A stretch of DNA of 64,000 nucleotides from the NCBI GenBank assembly GCA_044370105.1, contig JBILWC010000003.1, positions 8,962 through 72,961 of the forward strand, given 5' to 3'. The first letter of the stretch is position 1, and each line of letters starts with the position of its first letter. Shown piece by piece: positions 52,827-62,838 of this stretch. A model generated the notes under the pieces. That model was not told the origin of the DNA and made no database searches. It saw only the letters and a list, made by a program, of their open reading frames with translations. This DNA is from Steroidobacteraceae bacterium (GTDB taxonomy: Bacteria > Pseudomonadota > Gammaproteobacteria > Steroidobacterales > Steroidobacteraceae). Both the position numbers and the translations under genes were made by a program.

Positions 52827-55271
52827 TCAGAACGCCTGACCGATCGTGAACTGGAACCGTTCTTCCTCGTCCGGAAACTGAACGCCATCGCCCCGGAAGG
52901 AGTTGAGCGGCAGCGCATAACTGAAGCGGAACACGCCGAGCGGCGCGAGCCATTGGACCGCGACACCCGTCGACTGCTTCAAATTATCATACTTGAACTT
53001 GTAATCGACCGGGGTGACCCCGTCGATGCCCGTGTACTGGTAGAACCCGCGGGTCGAGAACACGTTACCGATATCGAAGAACACGGTTGCCCGCGCCGAG
53101 GTCGCCCACTTCTCGGGGGTCGGGATGATCAACTCCGCTCGAGCGGTCACCTTGAGGTTGCCACCGTAGGGGTTACCAAAGCTGTCCTTCGGACCGAGCC
53201 GGCTCTCGCGATAGCCACGCACCGTATCGGGGCCGCCCGCGAAGAAGTTGCGGAACGGCGGCGGCGCCGAGGTGTCACCGAGCTCCTGGCTGTAACCGAG
53301 CTCCGCGCCGAGCGCGAGCGTCCAGCGCCCGACGATCGGCAGCAGCTGCAGGTAGTCGTAGTTGATGGTCGCGTACTGCACGTCGCTGAACGGCAGTGCA
53401 TAACTCAAGGCGAGCGAGTGACGCATACCCCGATCGGCAAAGAGCGCGCGGTTGCGGCTGTCGTAGCTCCAACCCACCGTGAGATCGAAGGAATCGAACT
53501 GCGTCGTATCGAGCGACGTCCCCGGAATGACGAAGCCACCACCGTAGTCCTGCTCCGGCACGATCTGCACGCGGTAGTCGCCGTTCGAGCGCACCCACGC
53601 ACGTGCCTGCTCCGCGCTGCCCTCACCCGTGATGAGCGAGGAACGCTGCGCCGAGAAGCCGACGCGCAGACCCTGGAACTCGGTGATCGGATAACCGTAG
53701 TCGACCGATACCGCAAACGACTCCGAGGAGAAATCGGATGAGGCCGACACGAACTGCGTCACGTCACGATAGGTGAGCGACAAAGTACGGGCGACGCCAT
53801 CGATGTTGGTGTACGGATTCGTGTGCGAGACACCGTAGACCTTCGAGTAGCGCCCCGAATTCAGGTCGATCGACACGCGCTCGCCCGAACCCAGGAAATT
53901 GCTGTCGGCGTAGTTGCCATTGAGGATGAACGACTGCGATTCGGAATACCCAATGCCGCCGCCGAGCTGGGCCGACGGGCCCTCCTTGATCTCGAATTCG
54001 ATGTCGACGAGATCCGGCGTGCCCGGCACCGGCGTGGTTTCGGACTCGACCTTCTCGATGAACGGCAGTCGCTGGATACGCTGCTTCGAGCGCTCGACGA
54101 GCAGGTTGGAGAGCCAGGCACCCTCGAGCTGACGCATCTCGCGACGCAGCACATCGTCGTTGATCTTGGTCACGCCGTTGAAGAGGACGTGACGCACATA
54201 AACTCTGTTGCCCGGGTCAATGAAGAATGTGATGCCGACTTCTTTCTTGCCCTCTTCGGGCGTGGGCACCGGGTCGACCTTGGCGAAGGCATAACCCTCG
54301 AGCCCGAGTCGATTCTGGATGATCTCCTGCGTCGCGGTGATGGCCTTCTTGGAGTAGGTGTCACCCGATTTCACGAACAGGAAATTTTTGAGCTCGGACT
54401 CGGGCACGACGAAGGTCCCGGCGAGCTTCACGTTGCTCACCTTGAACACCTCGCCCTCGTTCACGTTGACCGTGATGAAGACGTCGTCCTTCTCGGGCGC
54501 AATCGCCACCTGCGTCGATTCGATCTCGAAGTTCGCGTAACCACGGTCCATGTAGTAGGAGCGCAGTTTTTCGAGATCGCCCTGCAGCGACTCACGCGAG
54601 TAGCGATCGTCCTGCTTGTACCAGGAGAGCCAGTTCGGCGTCTTGAGTTCGAATTCTTCGAGGATTTCTTCCTCCTCGAACGTGGTGTTGCCCACGACGT
54701 TGATCTGCCGGATCTTCGCGCGCTTGCCTTCCTTGATTTCGATCTTCACGCGGACGCGGTTGTCGGGTACCTCTTCGACCTGCGCATCGATGCGCACGGC
54801 GTACTTGCCGCGACTGAAGTACTGGTCGGTGAGATATTGCTTCACGTCCTCGAGCACCGAGCGATCGAAGGTCTTGCCGGTCGCAAGGCCCACGTTGCGC
54901 AGGCTCTTGTTGAGATCTTCGGTCTTGATGTCCTTGTTGCCCGTGATCTCGAAGCTCTCGATCGAGGGGCGCTCGAGCACGGCGACGATCAGCGTGCCCT
55001 CTTCCCAGCGCAGCTCGACGTCACGGAAGAACCCCGTGTCGTAGAGCGCGCGGATTGCCTCGCGCACGCGCTGCGGCGAGAGCCGATCACCGATGTTCAC
55101 CGGCAGATAGTTGTAGACCGTGCCTTCCGACACACGCTGCAAACCCTCGACGCGGATGTTGTCGACCCGCAGCGCAGGGGGGCCTCCGGCCGACTGGGCC
55201 AGCGACGGAGGAGCGATCAGGACGGAGGCAGCGAGCAGGCTCGCCATCAAAGAAAGACGAAGGGACATCAT
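52827..55271 (-). CDS. bamA: Outer membrane protein assembly factor BamA
   Basis: Track ORF 52827..55394 trimmed to MMSLRLSLMASLLAASVLIAPPSLAQS (codon 42). Five POTRA-like segments, C-terminal beta-barrel ending FQFTIGQAF. Confidence 0.96.
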   Translation of the reverse strand: MMSLRLSLMASLLAASVLIAPPSLAQSAGGPPALRVDNIRVEGLQRVSEGTVYNYLPVNIGDRLSPQRVREAIRALYDTGFFRDVELRWEEGTLIVAVLERPSIESFEITGNKDIKTEDLNKSLRNVGLATGKTFDRSVLEDVKQYLTDQYFSRGKYAVRIDAQVEEVPDNRVRVKIEIKEGKRAKIRQINVVGNTTFEEEEILEEFELKTPNWLSWYKQDDRYSRESLQGDLEKLRSYYMDRGYANFEIESTQVAIAPEKDDVFITVNVNEGEVFKVSNVKLAGTFVVPESELKNFLFVKSGDTYSKKAITATQEIIQNRLGLEGYAFAKVDPVPTPEEGKKEVGITFFIDPGNRVYVRHVLFNGVTKINDDVLRREMRQLEGAWLSNLLVERSKQRIQRLPFIEKVESETTPVPGTPDLVDIEFEIKEGPSAQLGGGIGYSESQSFILNGNYADSNFLGSGERVSIDLNSGRYSKVYGVSHTNPYTNIDGVARTLSLTYRDVTQFVSASSDFSSESFAVSVDYGYPITEFQGLRVGFSAQRSSLITGEGSAEQARAWVRSNGDYRVQIVPEQDYGGGFVIPGTSLDTTQFDSFDLTVGWSYDSRNRALFADRGMRHSLALSYALPFSDVQYATINYDYLQLLPIVGRWTLALGAELGYSQELGDTSAPPPFRNFFAGGPDTVRGYRESRLGPKDSFGNPYGGNLKVTARAELIIPTPEKWATSARATVFFDIGNVFSTRGFYQYTGIDGVTPVDYKFKYDNLKQSTGVAVQWLAPLGVFRFSYALPLNSFRGDGVQFPDEEERFQFTIGQAF

Positions 55272-56644
55272 CAGCCGAACTGCCTCGCGAAATCGTTGAA
55301 AAGAGCGACGCTCATGAGCATGAGCAACAAAGCGATACCGACTTGCTGCCCGAGCGCCTGCACACGCTCGGAGAGCGGCGCGCCACGCGCCCACTCGGCG
55401 AGCTGGTAAACGATTTGGCCGCCATCGAGGATCGGGATCGGCAGCAGGTTCAGGAACCCGAGGCTGAGCGAGATCACGATGAGGAACCCCAAGAATTCGG
55501 TGAGGCCGCTCTGCGCCGACTCACCGGCGAACTCCGCGATGGTGAGCGGACCCGAGAGATTTTTGAGCGACACCTGGCCGATGAGCATGCGCGCGAACAT
55601 CTTCGCCTGCAGCACCGTCATGTCCCAGGCGCGCACCGTCGCGAGCGAGAGCGACTCGATCGGACCGTAGCTGCGCTGCGTGACCATCGACTCCGGCCAG
55701 GGCGGCGGGGGCGGTGTCTGCACACGGATACGACCGATTTCGCGACCGTCGATAACATCGGCGGCCGTACGCAAGTTCAGCTGCGAGGCACGACCCTCGC
55801 GCACATAGTCGATAGCAACCTCGCGATTGGGCCGCGACGAAATCGCCTCGACGAGCGCACGAAAATCATTGATCGGCTCGCCATCGACGGCCGTCACCCG
55901 ATCGCCGGCGCGCAAGCCCGCAACATCCGCAGGACCGCCCGCCTCCACCTTGCCGATCTCGGCGGGTACAGGAGGGACCCAAAAGCGCATGCCGAGGCCC
56001 GGCAACAAGGCTTGAGGTTCGGTCAAGGCGCGACGCACTTCGGCATCCTCGACGCGCAGCTCGAGTACGCGCACACCCGAGCCCGGACGACGCACTTCGA
56101 TATCCACGCGACCATCGTTGCTGATGGCCTCCATGAAGCCGAGCATCACGTCGGAGTGTGTCGCGACATTGCGTCCTTCGACGCGCACGAACTCGTCGTT
56201 GCTGCGCAAGTCCGCGCGCGCGGCGAGCGAGTCGGCGACGACCGTGCCTACGACGGGTTTCACTTGCGGCTCGCCACTCACCCAAAGCACGGCCCAGAGC
56301 ACGAGGATGGCGAAGATGATGTTGAACGCGGGGCCCGCGAGCAGAACGAGAATGCGCTGCCAAGGATGCTTGCGCGTGAAGGAGCGCTCGAGATCGGCGG
56401 GCGGCACGGGGCCCTCGCGCTCATCGAGCAACTTGACGTAGCCGCCGAGCGGCAACGCGGCGATGACGTATTCGGTGCGATCCTCGCCCGCCACGCGCGT
56501 CCAGAGCGCAGGACCAAAACCCACCGAGAAGCGCAGCACCTTGAAACCGAGTTTGCGCGCGACCCAGTAATGGCCGTACTCGTGCACGGTGACGAGCAGG
56601 CTGACGGCCACGATGAACCCGACGATGGTCCAGAGCCACTCCAT
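55271..56644 (-). CDS. rseP: Sigma-E protease RseP (site-2 RIP zinc metalloprotease)
   Basis: 457 aa. HEYGHYWVARKLG zinc motif, two PDZ regions, NLLPIPILDGG. Confidence 0.95.
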   Translation of the reverse strand: MEWLWTIVGFIVAVSLLVTVHEYGHYWVARKLGFKVLRFSVGFGPALWTRVAGEDRTEYVIAALPLGGYVKLLDEREGPVPPADLERSFTRKHPWQRILVLLAGPAFNIIFAILVLWAVLWVSGEPQVKPVVGTVVADSLAARADLRSNDEFVRVEGRNVATHSDVMLGFMEAISNDGRVDIEVRRPGSGVRVLELRVEDAEVRRALTEPQALLPGLGMRFWVPPVPAEIGKVEAGGPADVAGLRAGDRVTAVDGEPINDFRALVEAISSRPNREVAIDYVREGRASQLNLRTAADVIDGREIGRIRVQTPPPPPWPESMVTQRSYGPIESLSLATVRAWDMTVLQAKMFARMLIGQVSLKNLSGPLTIAEFAGESAQSGLTEFLGFLIVISLSLGFLNLLPIPILDGGQIVYQLAEWARGAPLSERVQALGQQVGIALLLMLMSVALFNDFARQFG

Positions 56645-57849
56645 CAGTGCCCTCTCGAGGCGTGACGCCCCTCGGCGATCTGACGCAGCGCGGCCCCACG
56701 CGCCGCGGTATCGGCCGCACGCACGTTCTCCAGATCCTTGGCCTCGCCAGTCGGCACGGCATTCATCACGGAGTCAATGACCGTCGGGATACCGCTGAAG
56801 TTCAAATGGCCCTCCAGGAACGCCGCTACGGCGACCTCATTGGCCGCATTGAGGATGGCAGGCGCCAGACCCCCTGCAGCGGCCGCCTGGCGCGCAAGCG
56901 CCAGACAGGGGAATCGACCCGTATCCGGGGGCTCGAATTGCAGGACGCCGGCCCGGGCGAGATCGAGGAATTGTACACCGGAGTCGATGCGGTCCGGCCA
57001 ACCGAGGGCATGGGCGATCGGGGTGCGCATATCGGGCGAGCCGAGCTGCGCGAGCATCGAGCCGTCCACGTACTCGACGAGCGAGTGCACCAAACTCTGC
57101 CGGTGCACCACCACTTCGACCTGTTCGAGTGGCAGTCCGAACAACATGCGTGCCTCGATCACCTCGAGACCCTTGTTCATGAGCGTCGCAGAATCCACGG
57201 AGATTTTGCGGCCCATCACCCAGCGCGGATGACGGCAGGCCTGCTCGGGCGTGGCCGCCGCGATCTGCTCGGCACTCCAGTCGACGAACGGACCACCCGA
57301 GGCGGTAAGCAGGATGCGACGCACCCCTTTCGGTGCGCGACCCGTCTCGGCGCCCGTGGGCCAGCACTGGAAGATCGCGTTGTGTTCGCTGTCGATCGGC
57401 AACAACGTTGCCCTGCCCTCGCGCGCCGCCTCGATGAGCATGGGACCGGCCATCACGAGCGGTTCCTTGTTCGCGATCATGAGGCGCTTGCCCGCACGCG
57501 CCGCCGCCAGCGATGAAGACAACCCCGCGGCACCCACGATACCCGCCATGACGAAGGGCGCAGACGGCATGGCCGCGATCTCATCGAGCGCCGACTCACC
57601 CGCGAGCACGCGCGTATTCGAACCCGCCGCGCGCAGGGCGTGCTCGAGCGCACGCGCCGCCTCGGGCTCGACGAGTGCCGCGCACTCGGGCGCGAACTTC
57701 AGACACTGCGTCAATAATTTTTCGTGATCGCGTCGCGCACCGAGCGCGACGATCTTGAATCGATCGGGATGACGCGCGACCACATCGAGCGTGCTGTCGC
57801 CGATGCTGCCCGTCGAACCGAGCACGGCGATGCCGGTCGTCGTGCTCAC
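56644..57849 (-). CDS. dxr: 1-deoxy-D-xylulose 5-phosphate reductoisomerase
   Basis: 401 aa. IAVLGSTGSIGDSTL, LPIDSEHNAIFQC, NAANEVAVAAFL. Confidence 0.97.
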   Translation of the reverse strand: MSTTTGIAVLGSTGSIGDSTLDVVARHPDRFKIVALGARRDHEKLLTQCLKFAPECAALVEPEAARALEHALRAAGSNTRVLAGESALDEIAAMPSAPFVMAGIVGAAGLSSSLAAARAGKRLMIANKEPLVMAGPMLIEAAREGRATLLPIDSEHNAIFQCWPTGAETGRAPKGVRRILLTASGGPFVDWSAEQIAAATPEQACRHPRWVMGRKISVDSATLMNKGLEVIEARMLFGLPLEQVEVVVHRQSLVHSLVEYVDGSMLAQLGSPDMRTPIAHALGWPDRIDSGVQFLDLARAGVLQFEPPDTGRFPCLALARQAAAAGGLAPAILNAANEVAVAAFLEGHLNFSGIPTVIDSVMNAVPTGEAKDLENVRAADTAARGAALRQIAEGRHASRGH

Positions 57850-58652
57850 GCGAGGGCTCCGACCTTGATGAGTCCCAACACGAAGAGCGGAATGCCCGCC
57901 GAGAGACTGTCGAAGCGATCGAGCACGCCACCGTGGCCCGGGAACAAGCGCCCGCTATCTTTGAGCCCCGTGTGGCGCTTCATGAGACTCTCGGTGAGAT
58001 CGCCCACTACCGAAAACGCCGCAGCGCCTGCGGCGAGCCACATCACGGGCAGAACCGGCCAGTCGAGCAGGCTCGCACCGATCGCCGCGACGATGAGCGA
58101 GGCGATCACGCCGCCGATGACACCTTCCCAGCTTTTGCCGGGTGAAACTTGCGGCGCAAGCTTGGTGCGCCCAAACCGATGACCCGTGAAATACGCCCCG
58201 ACATCGGCCGCCATGATCACGATCAATGAAAAGAGCACGAGCGCTGCGCCGTTGTCCTCGAGCCGCAGACGAATGAGCGCCACACCCGCCGGCACGAGCA
58301 CAAGCACCCCCGCGATCGCCGCGGCCACCGAGCCGCCGCGCGTCGGCGCAAACATCACCCACCCCGCCGCAACGATCCACCACAACGCCGCGAGCGCGAG
58401 CATGAAGGTAAGGGCCTCGGTACCGATCGTGTATCGCCAGGCGACATATAGCCCGAGCGCAACGAGCACGACATAGGCAAGGCGCAGCCGGCGACGCTCG
58501 GGGTGCAGGAAGGCCGACCACTCCCACGCACCGCCCGTGACCACGAGCACGATGAGGAAGGTGGTGACGACCGCGGGCAACGCGAAGAGCACCACGACCA
58601 GAAGCGAGGCGAGCACCACTGCAGTGAGCACCCGCTGCCGTAATTCACTCAT
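57846..58652 (-). CDS. cdsA: Phosphatidate cytidylyltransferase
   Basis: 268 aa, polytopic. C-terminal signature SLMKRHTGLKDSGRLFPGHGGVLDRFDS. Confidence 0.93.
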   Translation of the reverse strand: MSELRQRVLTAVVLASLLVVVLFALPAVVTTFLIVLVVTGGAWEWSAFLHPERRRLRLAYVVLVALGLYVAWRYTIGTEALTFMLALAALWWIVAAGWVMFAPTRGGSVAAAIAGVLVLVPAGVALIRLRLEDNGAALVLFSLIVIMAADVGAYFTGHRFGRTKLAPQVSPGKSWEGVIGGVIASLIVAAIGASLLDWPVLPVMWLAAGAAAFSVVGDLTESLMKRHTGLKDSGRLFPGHGGVLDRFDSLSAGIPLFVLGLIKVGALA

Positions 58653-59359
58653 TTCTTTGGACCTGTGAGTCCGAAGCGACGTTCACGTCCCGCGAAATCT
58701 TCGAGCGCGAGCTTGAACTCCGCTTCGTCGAAATCGGGCCAGAGCACGTCGGTGAAGAAAAGCTCGGCATAGGCAATGTTCCAGAGCAGAAAATTGCTCA
58801 CGCGATGATCGCCGCCCGTGCGAATGAAAAGATCGGGGTCGGGCAGATCGGAGAGCTGCAGCTCAGCCGAGAACATCTCTTCGTCGATGTCGGCGGCACG
58901 GATCTCGCCGCTCGCCGCGCGAGCCGCCAAGCGCTTGACCGCCTCGAGGACGTCCCACCGGCCGCCGTAACTCACGGCAACCTGCAGTTTGAGCCCGTCG
59001 TTGGCTGCGGTGAGCGCCTCGGCCTCGGCAATGCGTTGCTGCAAGCGCACCGACAACCGCTGCCGATTGCCGATGATGCGCACTCGCACACGGTTGGCAT
59101 GAAGCTCGGCGAGCTCGCGATCGAGCGCTTCCACGAAGAGGCCCATGATCGCCGCGACCTCGGTCTCGGGTCGTCGCCAGTTCTCGCTCGAGAACGCGAA
59201 AAGCGTCAGCGCCTCGATGTTGAGCTTCGCGCACTCGCGGATGACCTTGCGCACGGGCTCGATGCCCGCACGATGCCCGACCGGTCGCGGCTCACCCCGG
59301 GCCTCGGCCCAGCGGCCGTTCCCGTCCATCACGATGGCGATGTGGTGGGGCAGTGCCAA
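58649..59359 (-). CDS. uppS: Ditrans,polycis-undecaprenyl-diphosphate synthase
   Basis: 236 aa. HIAIVMDGNGRWA, LTLFAFSSENWRRP, RTGGDHRVSNFLLWNIAYAELFF. Confidence 0.96.
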   Translation of the reverse strand: MALPHHIAIVMDGNGRWAEARGEPRPVGHRAGIEPVRKVIRECAKLNIEALTLFAFSSENWRRPETEVAAIMGLFVEALDRELAELHANRVRVRIIGNRQRLSVRLQQRIAEAEALTAANDGLKLQVAVSYGGRWDVLEAVKRLAARAASGEIRAADIDEEMFSAELQLSDLPDPDLFIRTGGDHRVSNFLLWNIAYAELFFTDVLWPDFDEAEFKLALEDFAGRERRFGLTGPKK

Positions 59360-59380
59360 GATCGCGGGGCCCTTCAGGCC

Positions 59381-59938
59381 TCAAACCTGCATGATTTCTT
59401 TTTCTTTGGCCGCGAGCGCAGCGTCGATCTCCGCCACGTGCTTGTCCGTGAGCTTCTGGATCTCTTCCTGCGCCTTCTTTTCCTCATCCTGGCTGATGAG
59501 TTTTTCTTTGAGGGCCTCTTTCACGTCTTGCAGCACGTCACGACGCACGTTGCGCACCGCCACACGGGCATTCTCGGCATCGCCCCGCACCACCTTGGTG
59601 ATGTCGCGACGGCGCTCTTCGGTAAGCGGCGGCAACGGCACGCGGATCACCGAGCCTGCGGTGTTCGGCGTGAGACCGAGGTCCGACTTGTAGATCGCCT
59701 TCTCCACCGACTGGATCGCGCTCTTGTCCCAGGGCGTGATCACGAGCGTGCGCGCATCTTCGACGCTGATGTTCGCCAGTTGCGACAGCGGCGACTCGGT
59801 GCCGTAGTAATCGACCTTCAGGTTCTCGACGAGGCTCGGGCTCGCGCGCCCCGTGCGCAGCTTCTTGAGATCGACCGCAAACTGTTGCACGCACTTGGTC
59901 ATGCGAGTCGTGGCGTCTTTCTTGAAATCTTCGATCAT
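59381..59938 (-). CDS. frr: Ribosome recycling factor
   Basis: 185 aa. [31 protein letters not shown]. Confidence 0.98.
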   Translation of the reverse strand: MIEDFKKDATTRMTKCVQQFAVDLKKLRTGRASPSLVENLKVDYYGTESPLSQLANISVEDARTLVITPWDKSAIQSVEKAIYKSDLGLTPNTAGSVIRVPLPPLTEERRRDITKVVRGDAENARVAVRNVRRDVLQDVKEALKEKLISQDEEKKAQEEIQKLTDKHVAEIDAALAAKEKEIMQV

Positions 59939-59949
59939 CGTCTTTTACC

Positions 59950-60675
59950 TCAATCGTTCGTGACGACAGTGCCTACGTCTTCGCCTCGGGCGATACGCAG
60001 CAGGTCGCCGGCGTTGTTCATGTTGTATACCTGCAGCGGGATCTTGTTGTCGCGGCACATGACGATCGACGTGGCGTCCATCACGTTCAGCCGCTCATCG
60101 AGCACCCGATCGAAGGTGAGCCGAGGATAGCGCACCGCCTTCGGATCTTTCATCGGATCGGCCGAATAGATGCCGTTGACCTTGGTCGCCTTGACCAAAA
60201 TATCCGCATCGATCTCGATCGCACGGAGCGAGGCCGCCGTGTCGGTCGTGAAGAACGGGTTGCCGGTGCCCGCGGCAAAGAGCACCACCCGTCCCTTCTC
60301 GAGGTGGCGGATCGCGCGGCGGCGGATGTAATCCTCGCACACCTCGTTGATACGGATCGCCGACATCACCCGGGCATGACTGCCGACCGACTCGAGCGCG
60401 TCTTGCATCGCCAGACAGTTCATCACCGTCGCGAGCATGCCCATGTGATCGCCCGTGACGCGGTCCATCCCCGAGCGCGCGAGGCCCTCGCCGCGGAAGA
60501 TGTTGCCGCCACCGATGACCACCGCCACCTGCGCGCCGAGATCGAGCAATTCTTTGATTTCGAGCGCGATGCGCTTGATGACGGCCGGATCGATGCCGTA
60601 ATCGGCGTGACCCATGAGGGCCTCGCCGGAGAGTTTCACGAGGATGCGCTTGTACCGAATGCCTGTTTCAGCCAT
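59950..60675 (-). CDS. pyrH: UMP kinase
   Basis: 241 aa. [35 protein letters not shown]. Confidence 0.98.
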   Translation of the reverse strand: MAETGIRYKRILVKLSGEALMGHADYGIDPAVIKRIALEIKELLDLGAQVAVVIGGGNIFRGEGLARSGMDRVTGDHMGMLATVMNCLAMQDALESVGSHARVMSAIRINEVCEDYIRRRAIRHLEKGRVVLFAAGTGNPFFTTDTAASLRAIEIDADILVKATKVNGIYSADPMKDPKAVRYPRLTFDRVLDERLNVMDATSIVMCRDNKIPLQVYNMNNAGDLLRIARGEDVGTVVTND

Positions 60676-60694
60676 TAACCGTCTCCTCTTGAAG

Positions 60695-60718
60695 AAAACC
60701 CCGCCGGGGCGGGGTTTT
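60695..60718 (-). terminator. Intrinsic terminator downstream of tsf
   Basis: The minus strand reads AAAACCCCGCCCCGGCGGGGTTTT followed by CTTC. There is a 5-bp G/C stem (CCCCG/CGGGG) extended by A-U pairs, then a U-tract. It starts about 20 nt after the tsf stop. Confidence 0.6.
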
Positions 60719-60738
60719 CGTGGGTCTGGAGCGTCGGC

Positions 60739-61626
60739 TTATTTGCCGCTGCTCGCCTTCACCTGTGCCATGACCTCGCCTACGAAGTCATCCTGCTTCT
60801 TTTCGATGCCGGCGCCAACCTCGAACCGTCGGAACGCCTTCACCTCGGCCTTGGCGGCCTTGAGCAGCTTCTCGATGGTCTGGTCCGGGTCTTTGACGAA
60901 CGCCTGACCGAGCAACGCACGCTCGTTGAAGGTCTTACGCAGACGGCCTTCGATCATCTTGGCGACGATCTCGGCCGGCTTGCCCTCGGCGAGCGCCTTC
61001 TCGGTCTCGATCTCGCGCTCTTTGGCAAAGATATCGGCCGGAACGTCCGACGCCGACAGATAGTCGGGGTTCACCGCCGCCACGTGCATGGCAAGGTCGT
61101 GCGCGAGTTCGGCCGAGCCGCCCTCGATGGCGACAAGCGCACCGATGCGCGTGCCATGACGATAGGCGCCCAGGAAACCGCCCGAGCTGAGCGACACCTG
61201 ACGACGCACCGAAATGTTTTCGCCGATCTTCGCCACGAGTGCACGACGGCGTTCATCGACGGTCTCGCCCGAGGCGAGCTTGAGCGCCGCGAGCGCCTCG
61301 ACGTCGGCCGGACTGCCCGAAAGGGCGAGCTTGGCGACTTCGGCCGAAAAGCCCTGGAAATCCGCCTCGCGCGCGACGAAGTCGGTTTCGCAGTTGATCT
61401 CGACCATGGCCGCCGACTTGCCGTCGGCCGATTTTTCGAGGGCGATCACCCCTTCGGCGGCCACGCGTGCCGCTTTCTTGTCGGCCTTCGCCAGACCCTG
61501 CTTGCGCATGAGTTCGGCGGCGGCATCGAGATCGCCATTCGTTTCGACGAGCGCCTTCTTGCACTCCATCATGCCCGCGCCCGTACGCTCGCGGAGCTGT
61601 TTGACGGCTTCAGCAGTAATGCTCAT
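60739..61626 (-). CDS. tsf: Elongation factor Ts
   Basis: 295 aa. ITAEAVKQLRERTGAGMMECKKAL (UBA-like N-terminus) and dimerisation/core domains. Confidence 0.98.
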   Translation of the reverse strand: MSITAEAVKQLRERTGAGMMECKKALVETNGDLDAAAELMRKQGLAKADKKAARVAAEGVIALEKSADGKSAAMVEINCETDFVAREADFQGFSAEVAKLALSGSPADVEALAALKLASGETVDERRRALVAKIGENISVRRQVSLSSGGFLGAYRHGTRIGALVAIEGGSAELAHDLAMHVAAVNPDYLSASDVPADIFAKEREIETEKALAEGKPAEIVAKMIEGRLRKTFNERALLGQAFVKDPDQTIEKLLKAAKAEVKAFRRFEVGAGIEKKQDDFVGEVMAQVKASSGK

Positions 61627-61641
61627 GAGCAGCCCTCAGCC

Positions 61642-62637
61642 TCAACCGCGACGGCGCGGAGCGCCCGGGTTGGTGGCCTTGCGACGGGGAGCCGACGCGC
61701 TCGTCGCCGGAGCGACTTCGCCATCGGCGGCCTCGGGGACGTCGACGACATCGGCCTCGTCACCCTCGACCGGCGCTGCCACGGCAGCGGCCACCGAGGG
61801 CTGCGGCTTGCGGCGCGCCGGAGCGGCCGCCACGGACGGACGACGCGCACGCACCGGAGCTTCACGACGCGGCTTGCCACGCGCGGCCTTCGGCTTGGGG
61901 TTGCCCTGCTCGTCGAGCTCGACGAACTCGTCTTCGCTCACGGCAAGAGCCGGCGCAGACGAGCGGCCTTCGAGCACCGAGTCGGCGATGCCCGAGGCAT
62001 AGAGCTGGATGGCGCGCATGGCGTCATCGTTGCCCGGCACGACGTAGTCGACGCCATCGGGCGCGCAGTTCGTGTCGACGATGGCGACCACCGGAATGCC
62101 GAGCTTGTTGGCTTCGTGGATCGCGATGTTCTCGTGACCCACGTCGACCACGAAGATCGCGTCCGGCAAAGATTCCATGTGCTTGATGCCGCCGAGCGAG
62201 CGCTCGAGCTTCTCAAGCTCGCGACGCAGCATCGTGCCTTCTTTCTTGCCGCGCTTGTCGAGCGACCCGTTCGCCTTCATCTCGGTGAGATCGGCGAGGC
62301 GCTTGATCGACTGACGCACGGTCTTGAAGTTGGTGAGCATGCCGCCGAGCCAACGCTGGTTGACGTAGGGCATGCCGGCGCGGATGGCTTCCTTCTGGAT
62401 GGGCTCACGCGCCGAGCGCTTGGTGCCCACGAAAAGCACCGTGCCGCCGTCCGAGGCAACCCCGTGAATGAACTTGGCAGCCTCCGCGAACATCGGCTGG
62501 GTCTTCTCGAGGTTGATGATGTGGATTTTGTTGCGTTCACCGAAAATGAACTCTTCCATTTTCGGGTTCCAGAAGCGGGTTTGGTGTCCGAAGTGGACAC
62601 CCGCTTCCAGCATCTGTCGCATGGACACGCTGGCCAT
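61642..62637 (-). CDS. rpsB: 30S ribosomal protein S2 with a long basic Ala/Pro-rich C-terminal extension
   Basis: 331 aa. [32 protein letters not shown]. The conserved core ends near [14 protein letters not shown], and roughly 95 further residues follow. Confidence 0.97.
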   Translation of the reverse strand: MASVSMRQMLEAGVHFGHQTRFWNPKMEEFIFGERNKIHIINLEKTQPMFAEAAKFIHGVASDGGTVLFVGTKRSAREPIQKEAIRAGMPYVNQRWLGGMLTNFKTVRQSIKRLADLTEMKANGSLDKRGKKEGTMLRRELEKLERSLGGIKHMESLPDAIFVVDVGHENIAIHEANKLGIPVVAIVDTNCAPDGVDYVVPGNDDAMRAIQLYASGIADSVLEGRSSAPALAVSEDEFVELDEQGNPKPKAARGKPRREAPVRARRPSVAAAPARRKPQPSVAAAVAAPVEGDEADVVDVPEAADGEVAPATSASAPRRKATNPGAPRRRG

Positions 62638-62800
62638 AAAGCACTCCTTGTCGGGTTAAGCCTCCGCATATCTCGATTGCCATCCCGCAACCCCGAAGGA
62701 CCTTGGGACACCCAGCAACCGATGTATCGATATGCGTGTGGGGTTGTTTACGTTGCCAAAAAAGGCCGCGCTTTATACCATGCAGTCCCCGTAAAAACAA
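62638..62800 (-). promoter_or_regulatory. Candidate rpsB promoter and structured 5' leader
   Basis: Minus strand has TTGTTT (62800-62795), 17 nt, TATAAA (62777-62772). The predicted ~128-nt leader contains an 11-bp long-range helix CGCAUAUCGAU / AUCGAGAUAUGCG (62736-62726 with 62677-62665, 2-nt bulge) and an AAGGAG SD. Confidence 0.4.
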
Positions 62801-62838
62801 CGTCTTACGGGCCCCCTTCCAGACCCTCGTCAGAGCCC

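Noticed and set aside
61084-62838. N-terminal 585 residues of the 848-aa plus-strand ORF 61084..63630.
   Set aside because: Only the last 263 codons (from ATG 62839) are methionine aminopeptidase. The rest is antisense to tsf and rpsB and crosses the rpsB/map promoter region.
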